This document shows, piece after piece, positions 17,601 to 25,843 of a DNA stretch of 57,229 bases (the first letter of the stretch is position 1; the number at the start of each line of letters is the position of its first letter). Source of the DNA: a virus; the IMG/VR virus record IMGVR_UViG_3300031933_000210; one strand, 5' to 3'. The position numbers were made by a program, and so were the translations under genes. The notes beneath the pieces were generated by a model that did not search any database, was not told where the DNA came from, and was given only the letters and a program-made list of their open reading frames with translations.

Positions 17601-19638
17601 GCTGACCCTTGAGTTCTTCGGCCTGGATCGTCCCCTTGGACATGATGTCGGTCATGGCCTTGAACGAACCGGCGACCTCGTCATCGGTCAGGCGCAGGAC
17701 ACGGGCCGCCTCAGCCATGGAGCGGAAGATGGCCTCGGTTTTCTCGCCTTCGAGATTGGTACCGAGGGAAGCAGCGGCCAGCTTGGAATACTGCAGTGAC
17801 AGCGTCCGGAACGACAGGCCGAGCTCATCGGCCGTCTTCTCAGTGAACGCCAGAGCGCGCTGGACCTTCTGCTGGTCACCTTCGAAGGCAACGGACAGGC
17901 GCGACTGGACCGCATCCATCTCCAGCTGAGCCTGGACGACCCCGCCAAGCGCATCGCGGACGCCGTACAAACCGCCAGCCGCAGCGGCCATCGACAACAG
18001 CTGCCCACGCAAGCGCTGCGTCAGGGACAGCGTCGTGCGACCTCCGGAATTCACCTCAGCCAGGGCGCCGACCAGCTTCTTCAGACCGGATGCGGAGCCC
18101 GCCGCGGCAGGCTTGATCGAGCTGATACCACCAGCGGCATTGCGAGAGCCAGATGCCGCCCGGTCTGCCCCACCGGAGTAGCCGATCAGGGTTGCCCGTC
18201 CGCGAGTCAGCGCAGCACTGTTCGCGGCGATGCTCGTCTTCAGGCGCGCCTGAGCATCGGCCAGCGTGCTGTGCTGCAGACCAGCCTGGCGCAGCCCGGT
18301 ACTCAATTCATCGGCAGCGGCGCTCTCCTGCAGGAATGCGTCCTTCGCAGCCCGTGCACGCCCTTGGGCTCGGCCGAACGCCGCAGCCAGTTGCTCGGAC
18401 GGTTGTGTTGCCGAGCGAATGGCACCTGCCAGCCGCTTCACCTCAGCCTGTGCGGAGGCCCACTCCTGCCGGGCGCTGGTTACCGCGGCGTCCTGCTTTT
18501 CCACTGCCCGGAGCAAGCCGTCCAGCTGCTTTCCGGAGCGGGAGACCTGATCTACCGCATTCCCGAGTTCCCGCAGGCTCACCTCGCCGCGAGACGCCTC
18601 GTTGGCAGCAGCGCGGATGGTGGTCATGGCTTCACGGAGACCAAGGTTCGATTCACGCAGCGCAGCCGGATCGATCATGGGCCGCGATTGGTTGCCCGCC
18701 CCCTTGCTGGCCGCCTGCAGCTCCTGCATGCGGGCCTTCAGAATGGTCAGCTGAGTGGCAACCTGCTGCGAGGACTGCCCAAGCACACCCTGCGCCGCGG
18801 CGGTCTGCTGGAAGGTCTGCTCTGCCCGGCTCATCACTTGGGTCAGCTCGGCGTACTCGGACTGAGCCTGCACCATCTCATCGGATTGCCGAGCAATGGC
18901 GGACTCGGTCTTCGTGATCTCCGACGCCAGCTTCTTCTCGGCGCTCTCCAGCTCGCTCAGCGATTGGGCCGCGGTGGAGTGCGCCGTGCGGTTGATCTGA
19001 AGCTGGGCACTTTGGGCCGCATACGCCCTGGTCAGCTGGGCTTCGGCCAGCGCGGCTTCCCGGGCTGCCTTTTTCGTCTGCTGCACACGCAGCGAGGCGT
19101 CGACCAGCTTGGTTTCACGAGCAGCGGTCGGCTTCTCGGCGTACTTTGCGCGAGCCTTGGCCAGGGCCGCTTCGGCCGCCGCGGCTTCTCGCGCCGCCTT
19201 GCGCTGGGCCGTCGCGTATTCGTTGAGCCGCGCCTTGGTCTCTGACGCCGCCTTGGCTTCCTTGGCGAGAGCCGCAGCTGACTGCTCAACCTCAGCCTGC
19301 AGCTTCTGGCCAGCAGTGGCGACCATTTGCTGCGAGCGGGTCAGATCGGTATAGCTCTCGCGCGACTTGGCCAGCTCGGTTGCCTGACGCACGAACGCAT
19401 CGCCAGCCCGTGCCGCCGCCTCCTGCAGCCGGTCGAGTGCCTGGACACTTCCGCTGACGGCTTTCAGCTTGTCGAATTCGTCCGCCAGCTGACCGAGCAA
19501 GCCGTCGGTCTTCTTGGCGCTGGTCCCGAGCGTGTTCTGACGCTCCTCCAGCTCGGCCATGGACTTGGCAACGGCATCGACGGTGCTGGTCGCCTCGTTC
19601 TTCGCCCGGATGATCAGCTCAACATCACGCTTCGCCAT
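14665..19638 (-). CDS. tail tape measure protein
   Basis: 1657 aa. Long coiled-coil regions, a hydrophobic central block, and a TMP-core-like segment ([40 protein letters not shown]). Confidence 0.9.
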   Translation of the reverse strand: [1657 protein letters not shown]

Positions 19639-19837
19639 GGGTCAGCTCTTTGATCTTGTCGTTAAAAGTCCGGACGGCATTCGAATCGAGCAACGCCGCC
19701 ACCGCCATGTACATGCCGCTCATCGCACAGGCCGCCTGCTTGTCCTGGCGCTGGTGAACCAGCCTCACCTCGTCCTGCAGCATGCCCAGCGGGTATCGCC
19801 AGGCGTTCGTGTGCCCATTGGCCAGCAACAGGCTCAC
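19625..19837 (-). CDS. tail assembly chaperone T-like segment (separate ORF or -1 frameshift extension of the upstream gene)
   Basis: Lies in the -1 frame relative to 19834..20316. That frame stays open for at least 21 codons upstream of its GTG. Confidence 0.45.
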   Translation of the reverse strand: MSLLLANGHTNAWRYPLGMLQDEVRLVHQRQDKQAACAMSGMYMAVAALLDSNAVRTFNDKIKELTHGEA

Positions 19838-20316
19838 TCCTGGTCGAAAAGACCAGAGCCAGCTTCGGGCGTCGGGAGGTATTGGGAGCTTTTCAGCAGC
19901 GCTTGCGTCAGGGCTTTCACCTGCGCGATCACCAGCGCCAGCATCTTTTTTACGTCGTCCTCGGAGCGGAACGTCAGCCGGCCGATCGCCTGCAGCGCCT
20001 CAGCCTGAGTCAGCGGCGGTAGCTGCCGAGCCATGGCCAGGCCCTCCGGAGAATCTTCGTCCGCACCCTTGGCGATGACGCGCGCCGCAAGGATCGGAGC
20101 CTGGTACAGCAACTTGGCGCAGAACTGGTCCAGCGGCGGCAGGTCATCTCCTTCGCTCGATGCCCAGGTGCGGAATTGGTCGAACACCGATCCGAACTCG
20201 GCGGTGTGTTCGTGATGCAGATTCACGAAGTCCTCAAGCGAAAGCCCCCGAACGGCAAAGCTGCCGCCGGGGGTCTCAACTTGGGCCGTCGGGATTTTCA
20301 GGTCCAGAAGTCCCAT
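19834..20316 (-). CDS. tail assembly chaperone (gpG-like by position)
   Basis: 160 aa, between the tail tube and the tape measure. Confidence 0.6.
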   Translation of the reverse strand: MGLLDLKIPTAQVETPGGSFAVRGLSLEDFVNLHHEHTAEFGSVFDQFRTWASSEGDDLPPLDQFCAKLLYQAPILAARVIAKGADEDSPEGLAMARQLPPLTQAEALQAIGRLTFRSEDDVKKMLALVIAQVKALTQALLKSSQYLPTPEAGSGLFDQE

Positions 20317-20328
20317 GGGTGCTGCTCC

Positions 20329-21105
20329 TTACGGGGCCGGAACGTAAGGGCGGCCGTCGCAGTAGATAGCCTCCAGGGAACCCTTCTTGAGGATTTCCAG
20401 GGTGAAAGGCAGCTGCTGCCACTCATCGCTCTTCAGCGCGAAGTCACCGTTGGGGGTGATCTTCACCCACGGCATGAAGTAGTCGATGTTCTTGCCGGTC
20501 GGGTTCTTGGCGATGAATCGCAGCGAGCCTTCGACGGTGGTGGCCTTACTGATCACCCGCTCGCGAGAACTGGCCTCCACGTCGTAGGTACCGGCGAGGG
20601 TCGAGCCATTGGCCAGCTTGGTGCTGCCTTCCAGGATGGTGATGCGCGCCAGCACCGGATCGAGCACGTAGTCGACGCCAGCTTCGGCGGTCTCACCCGT
20701 GCCGGTCAGCGCGACGTTGCTCACCTGGCGGACACCGGACGGGTTGGCATCGCTGGTGCCGAGCTGGTAGGTCATACCCTGCTCGATGTCCTCGAACGAG
20801 AACGCCTGTGCGGTCGCAGCGACGGTCGTCTGGATCATCGACTCGCCGAGGAAGAAGATCGCCATGTTCTCGGGGGAGATGTGGTCGGTGGTCAGGCTGC
20901 CGGCGTAGTCCAGCTGCAGCAGCACGGACTCGTCCTTCTTGCGAACGCCTTCGTCACTGGAATAGTGGTCCAGGTTCTCCTGCTCGGCGGTGATGCCGTA
21001 CTCCGGCGTGTTACCGAAGTAACGCTCGCCGCGAGGCACTTGAGTGCCGGTCTTGAATTGGCCGAAGTGAATCTCGCCCCGGCCAAGCGTGTAGTTCTGC
21101 TTCAT
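20329..21105 (-). CDS. major tail (tube) protein
   Basis: 258 aa, first gene after an intergenic motif, upstream of the chaperones and the tape measure. Confidence 0.6.
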   Translation of the reverse strand: MKQNYTLGRGEIHFGQFKTGTQVPRGERYFGNTPEYGITAEQENLDHYSSDEGVRKKDESVLLQLDYAGSLTTDHISPENMAIFFLGESMIQTTVAATAQAFSFEDIEQGMTYQLGTSDANPSGVRQVSNVALTGTGETAEAGVDYVLDPVLARITILEGSTKLANGSTLAGTYDVEASSRERVISKATTVEGSLRFIAKNPTGKNIDYFMPWVKITPNGDFALKSDEWQQLPFTLEILKKGSLEAIYCDGRPYVPAP

Positions 21106-21129
21106 GTGTGTCTACCTCGACGTTGAACA

Positions 21130-21146
21130 TGCAACTGTTGGTTGAA
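21130..21146. promoter_or_regulatory. TTCAACC-family motif, palindromic form (TGCAACTGTTGGTTGAA)
   Basis: Intergenic, upstream of the major tail gene. Confidence 0.6.
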
Positions 21147-21153
21147 ACCCCGT

Positions 21154-21654
21154 TCAAACGTAGGGGTCTGCTAGATTCTCCACCAGCACCGGGGTGAGCC
21201 TCAACCAGAAATAGGCTTTGCCGGAAATATCGTCCGCTGGGCGCACCACGCCAGGGCTTATCCGAAGCTCATCGACCCGACCTTCCATGCCCAAGATGTT
21301 GTATTGGCGCTGCTTCACACGCTCCTCAACGAGCCGCTTCTTCACCTCGGCCATCAACCGGTGAGCCGGGTCGGTTGGGTTGTCGAGGTCATCATCCTCA
21401 ACGAAACCCTGCACCAGCAGCTCCCACGACCCAGTTGAATGTTCACCTGAAGGTGGAGATGACAGTTGTGGCTGTTCCTCAATCGCTTCGAGGATGCTGA
21501 TCAACGGCAGAGGGTCGCTGTCGCCGAAAACGCCTCGCCCCCGAAAGACCTTGCCGCTCAGGTCGAACTCGTAGCCGTTGGCGGGCGTGATCTCCTCTAG
21601 CGCGGAAGTCAGGGCCTTGAGGACTCTCAGGCGGAATGGATCGGGCATGGTCAT
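21154..21654 (-). CDS. head-tail connector / tail terminator module protein
   Basis: Called on position and size. 166 aa. Confidence 0.45.
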   Translation of the reverse strand: MTMPDPFRLRVLKALTSALEEITPANGYEFDLSGKVFRGRGVFGDSDPLPLISILEAIEEQPQLSSPPSGEHSTGSWELLVQGFVEDDDLDNPTDPAHRLMAEVKKRLVEERVKQRQYNILGMEGRVDELRISPGVVRPADDISGKAYFWLRLTPVLVENLADPYV

Positions 21655-22232
21655 AGCTCCATCAGTCGAAGGAATTCACGTTCAAGAAACTCGGCGGCAT
21701 CGGGTGCAGCGTACTCGTCTGCGACAGAGCGGAAGACCTGGTCGACACTGGGGCCATAGAGGATGTAGAGGCCCTTGCCGGCGCTCGCCAGCTTCCGCTT
21801 GTTGCGCAGGGACTGCCCCTGCTTCAGCCGGATCGCCAACCCCAGATTCCCGCCGCGCAGTTGCATCAGGAAGGCGCCACCCATGAAGCGCGTCTGCCCT
21901 GGGCTGACGGTCACCGATACGCCACCCTTCCGGCGCGCTGCGGACACGTCCTTGTTCTTGGCAAACCGTGCCAACGAGGTCGGGCGATCCCGGCCGGTGA
22001 TGACCGCCTGCAGGTTGCGCCCGCTCGCCTTCTTGCTCACCATCAGGCGGCTGCTCAGGTATCGCGCGGGGAAGGCGATCTGCTCACGCATCTCCCTGTC
22101 GCTTCGGGTGCGGGCACGCTCGGTCGTGCGGTTGATCGCCTGTCGGGCACGCAGCAGGATGTTCTCGTCCAGATTCTGGATGTCGCTGAGGCTGGAAAGC
22201 CCCTCAACCGCGACGACGTAGCTGTCCATCAC
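21651..22232 (-). CDS. HK97 gp10-like head-tail joining protein
   Basis: N-terminal ..L..L....L.....L.RA...A.NRT resembles the gp10 family as I recall it. Position supports the call. Confidence 0.45.
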   Translation of the reverse strand: MMDSYVVAVEGLSSLSDIQNLDENILLRARQAINRTTERARTRSDREMREQIAFPARYLSSRLMVSKKASGRNLQAVITGRDRPTSLARFAKNKDVSAARRKGGVSVTVSPGQTRFMGGAFLMQLRGGNLGLAIRLKQGQSLRNKRKLASAGKGLYILYGPSVDQVFRSVADEYAAPDAAEFLEREFLRLMEL

Positions 22233-22627
22233 AAGCCTTCCGGTGGCACCAGTCCCATGTACTGAGCATCCGGATTCCAGCCGAAGCTGATCACCTGGTT
22301 GCGGCTGAGCTTGCTGACCTCGGCCGTGACGGTAATGTCATCCGGCGGCAGGTCGTTTTCGATCAGATAGGCCCCTAGGTCCTGCGTCACCACGATCCCG
22401 CGGTGGCGCGGCTGCACCTGGCTGCCAAGAAAAATGATGCGCGGGGTGATCTCCTGCCGTTCAGAGAAACCGCCGCGCAGCAGCTCCCCCACTTCGTTGA
22501 ACGACAGATGCAGGCGCACAGTGACGCCCACTGGTGCAGCAGAACTGTCCGCGAGATAAAGCGCAGGCTCGGACATCCGATCATGCAGCTGCCGGCGAGC
22601 CCGGCGCTTCAGCTCGCGGATGTTCAT
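22229..22627 (-). CDS. head-tail adaptor module protein
   Basis: 132 aa, with 4-nt overlaps on both sides. Confidence 0.45.
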   Translation of the reverse strand: MNIRELKRRARRQLHDRMSEPALYLADSSAAPVGVTVRLHLSFNEVGELLRGGFSERQEITPRIIFLGSQVQPRHRGIVVTQDLGAYLIENDLPPDDITVTAEVSKLSRNQVISFGWNPDAQYMGLVPPEGL

Positions 22628-23013
22628 CAGATCATCGACTCTTCTTCAGCCGCGGCTTCCTCGGCCTCGATGGCTTCGCGCAGCTGGGGGACGGTCATGT
22701 CCTGGTGACCCTCGATCTCCAGCTCGGCAGCGATCGCCAGCAGCTCGGGCTTGAGCATCTTGCTCAGGTCGCGTGCCGGGTTGGTGTTGTCGCTGTTGTC
22801 GCTGTTGTCGCTGTTGTCGCTGTTGTCGCTGTTGTCGGTGGTAGCCGGTGCGATCTGCTCTACCGCCGGAGCTGCGAGCTTGGCGGCACCAATGCCCATC
22901 AGGAACGTAGCCTCTTCGTCAGAGCCGCTGAATTGCTTACCCGGAGCAACGGTTTCGCGCTGACCCTTCGCGTCATTGCGCACGATCTCGTGAACGGCAA
23001 TCAACTTTTTCAT
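22627..23013 (-). CDS. hypothetical head-module protein with a (DNS)5 repeat and a HeH/Rho-N-like C-terminal domain
   Basis: Start chosen at MKKLIAV (23013). Contains DNSDNSDNSDNSDNSDN, then LSKMLKPELLAIAAELEIEG...VPQLREAIEA. Acidic ...EEESMI end. Confidence 0.6.
   Translation of the reverse strand: MKKLIAVHEIVRNDAKGQRETVAPGKQFSGSDEEATFLMGIGAAKLAAPAVEQIAPATTDNSDNSDNSDNSDNSDNTNPARDLSKMLKPELLAIAAELEIEGHQDMTVPQLREAIEAEEAAAEEESMI
22786..22839. repeat. 9-bp tandem repeat (GTTGTCGCT x5 plus one imperfect copy)
   Basis: Read directly from the sequence. Encodes the (DNS)n stretch on the minus strand. Confidence 0.95.
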
Positions 23014-23032
23014 GGAGTATTCACCTTGGAGT

Positions 23033-23061
23033 TGAAACAAAAGGCGGCGCAAGGCCGCCTT
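23033..23061 (-). terminator. Rho-independent terminator after the major capsid gene
   Basis: Stem AAGGCGGC/GCCGCCTT, loop of 5 nt, then TTTTGTTT on the minus strand. Confidence 0.75.
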
Positions 23062-23075
23062 CTGCAGGGTTGTCG

Positions 23076-24119
23076 TTACGCCAACACCGTCGCGAACAAG
23101 GTGTTGTTCGGGTTCACCGGCACCTCGATCGGCGAAGACTGGGTCATCACGAAGGTGACGGCCGGATCGTCGTTGGTCCACTGCTTCGGGAACACCGGCA
23201 GCGCATTGAAGTTGGCCTTGTCGTCCAGGATCGCGCCGTAGGCTTCGACCATGTTGATGTTCGGCCCGGTCAACAGCACGCCCTTGGCAGGCATGAACTC
23301 CTTGGTGCCACCCTGCGGCAGCTCGTAGAAGTCGCTGGTGGTCCAGATTTCAAGGTTGCCCAGGCGGCCCAGACGCTCGCTGTACTCACCGGTACGGATG
23401 CCGATGTTCAGCTCGCCGTTGGTACCACGAATCTGGGTGTCCAGGTGCTCGCGCACGCTCTTGTTGCGCAGGAACGGGTCGACGACATCCTTGCCGAGGG
23501 TTACACGGTTGACCGGGCCGCCGAACTCAGCGCGGCGCACGCGCTCGATCCAGGTGTTCAGGTCACCGACGATATCGGCGTCGACGTTGTCCCAGGTGGC
23601 AACGCCAGTCAGCACGACGGTGTGGTCGGCATTGCGGCCGAAGTCGACGACGGTAGTCGGATAGTTCTCGCCGGCAAGGGTCACCTTGCCGTGGATCGCA
23701 GCCTCGGCGCACATCCACTCCAGACGACGCTCGATGGCGCTGCGGTGGGTGCGCAGAATGTCCCCGATGATCGCCATGAAGCGGCCACGCGGGGACATGC
23801 TGTTCGGGCTGAACATGCCTTCGCCAGGACGACGCTTGATAGCGCGACCGGGGCTGACCGGGTCCTTCGGCTTCAGGTACGCCGGCTTCACGCGGGACAT
23901 GCGCGAGGCTTCGCTGTACATCGGCACGCCCTGGGCAGTCGGGACCACCAGAGGCGCGAGCTTGCGACCTTCGACCAGCTTCTCGAAGTCGATGAACTCG
24001 TCTTCAGAGTTGATGACCGAAGACACCAGCAGGTTGCGGAAGTAGTTGCTCGGCGCCGGGACTTCCCGGTAGAAGCCCAGCAGCGTGTTGGTGTCGAGCG
24101 GACTGATTTCGATAGACAT
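23076..24119 (-). CDS. major capsid protein, lambda gpE-like
   Basis: About 347 aa. Lies after a decoration protein and an S49 protease, as in lambda. The sequence resembles the Phage_cap_E family as I recall it. Confidence 0.8.
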   Translation of the reverse strand: MSIEISPLDTNTLLGFYREVPAPSNYFRNLLVSSVINSEDEFIDFEKLVEGRKLAPLVVPTAQGVPMYSEASRMSRVKPAYLKPKDPVSPGRAIKRRPGEGMFSPNSMSPRGRFMAIIGDILRTHRSAIERRLEWMCAEAAIHGKVTLAGENYPTTVVDFGRNADHTVVLTGVATWDNVDADIVGDLNTWIERVRRAEFGGPVNRVTLGKDVVDPFLRNKSVREHLDTQIRGTNGELNIGIRTGEYSERLGRLGNLEIWTTSDFYELPQGGTKEFMPAKGVLLTGPNINMVEAYGAILDDKANFNALPVFPKQWTNDDPAVTFVMTQSSPIEVPVNPNNTLFATVLA

Positions 24120-24134
24120 GATTCCCCGCACTCC

Positions 24135-24563
24135 TTATGCGTAGAAAGGCTTCTTGACGTAAATCTGGCAAGCCGCCAGATCGAACGCCGCGAGCTTCGA
24201 GCCTTCGGTGGCGAAGGATTCCGGCCACTTCAGTGCGTTGATGTTGAACGATCCGGCCTTATAAACCGGGACGCTGGTGGTGGCCGGGCTACCGGCCGGA
24301 ACCGGAGCAACGGTGATCGCGTTCGGCTTCACGTCGTCCGCTGGATCAGCCGAGCCGGTGACGGCCAGGGTGACCGCGCGAGTGGCCGCGTCAACGAAGA
24401 TCGGAGTCCACGCCGGGATGCCCGCAGTGGCCAGGGTTGCACCAGGCAGCGCGAAATCGGTCACCGGAGCCGGCGTGTCGCCCGCGAAGAGCTCGACTGC
24501 TCCGGCAACGGAGTCATTCTGGAAGCTGGCGATGCCGGCTTTGGTGTAGTCAGGCTGGTGCAT
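24135..24563 (-). CDS. head decoration protein, lambda gpD-like
   Basis: 142 aa, Ala/Pro/Thr-rich, directly upstream of the capsid gene. Confidence 0.6.
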   Translation of the reverse strand: MHQPDYTKAGIASFQNDSVAGAVELFAGDTPAPVTDFALPGATLATAGIPAWTPIFVDAATRAVTLAVTGSADPADDVKPNAITVAPVPAGSPATTSVPVYKAGSFNINALKWPESFATEGSKLAAFDLAACQIYVKKPFYA

Positions 24564-24565
24564 GG

Positions 24566-25843
24566 TTATTTGCCCTCAATGCCATTGGCCGCGCGGAATT
24601 CCTGCATCAGGGTCTGCTGACTGGCCTGTTCGTCGTTACCGCCGCCATCGGCGCCGAGTTCGGGGTTGTTCTGACCCATTGCCTGCTCAAAGGCGCTGCC
24701 CTTGCCACCGGCATTCCCTTCGGCCTTGTCGTCCTCAGCGGGCGATGCAGCCAGAATGCCCTTCGCAGAATCAACCGACAGTTCGGTATTCAACGAAAGG
24801 TGGTTTGCCAGGGCACGACGAGTCTTGGCTTCGTCGCAGCCCATGATCCCCTGAATGCGTTCGCGCTCGGCCGTGGCACCTTCTTTCCGGCCCTCGGCGC
24901 GAGCCGCATCCAGATCAGCCTGTGCGGGTGCAGCGGCTTGTTCCGGTGTGCTCATTGTTTCTTCTCCTGCGGTTGGTGACAGTCCGCCAGAGAAGGCGGC
25001 CAGCGCTTCATCGAAGGCTCGGATTTCGTGCGCGAATCCCAGGCTTACCGCTTCCTCGGCACTGTAGGTCAGCGCTTTGGTGTCACGGACCACCTGCTCA
25101 TCGAGCGCGAGATTCCGCGCCACTGTCGATACGAAAATATTGTAGAGGCCGTCGATCCGGGCCTGCATCCGGTTTTTGGCCACATCGGACAAGGGCTCGT
25201 GTGGATTGCCATCGACCTTGTGCTCACCGGCATGGATGAAGGTGATCTTGATGCCGATCTTCTCGTTCCACCCCGACACATCCATGTGCGCAGTGACCAC
25301 GCCGACGCTACCGACGCCACCGGTACGGGTGATCGTGATCTTGTCAGCGACTGACGCCCAAGCGTATGCAGCCGAATAGGCATGCTCATTGACGAAGGCG
25401 TGGATGGGTTTCTCGCCGCGCATCGCAAAGACACGGTCGACCGCATCGAAGCAGCCGGCTACCTCGCCGCCGCCGGAGCTCAGAATCATGGCGATGCGCT
25501 GAACGCTTCCGTCGGCCATGCCGCGCTCGAACGCCTTCTGGATGTAGACGTAGCCGGTTGCCCAGTCATAAAGCTGGTAGCCGAAGTCGTGCAGCAGCAT
25601 GCCCTTGATCGGGATCAGCAGCGTACCGTCCTGGACGATGTACGGGCGGTAGCGCGCCATCCAACTGTCGGCAGCCGGCCAGAAGTCGTCATAGGCCAGG
25701 GCGACAGGTTCGCTGGAGGCGCGAGCCTCGATCGTCTTCAGCTCAGCGGATACCGAGGCGAGGCAATTGCTCATCCAGTCGGCCTTGCAGTCGCTCACCA
25801 TCACCGGTGCGTTCGCGAAGCGCGAGGCCAGCAGGTTACTCAT
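24566..25843 (-). CDS. S49-family prohead protease / scaffold (lambda gpC-like)
   Basis: SSGGGEVAGCFD...AYSAAYAWASVADKI...GGVGSVGVV matches the SppA/S49 core. Ala/Glu-rich C-terminal scaffold-like region. Confidence 0.85.
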   Translation of the reverse strand: MSNLLASRFANAPVMVSDCKADWMSNCLASVSAELKTIEARASSEPVALAYDDFWPAADSWMARYRPYIVQDGTLLIPIKGMLLHDFGYQLYDWATGYVYIQKAFERGMADGSVQRIAMILSSGGGEVAGCFDAVDRVFAMRGEKPIHAFVNEHAYSAAYAWASVADKITITRTGGVGSVGVVTAHMDVSGWNEKIGIKITFIHAGEHKVDGNPHEPLSDVAKNRMQARIDGLYNIFVSTVARNLALDEQVVRDTKALTYSAEEAVSLGFAHEIRAFDEALAAFSGGLSPTAGEETMSTPEQAAAPAQADLDAARAEGRKEGATAERERIQGIMGCDEAKTRRALANHLSLNTELSVDSAKGILAASPAEDDKAEGNAGGKGSAFEQAMGQNNPELGADGGGNDEQASQQTLMQEFRAANGIEGK

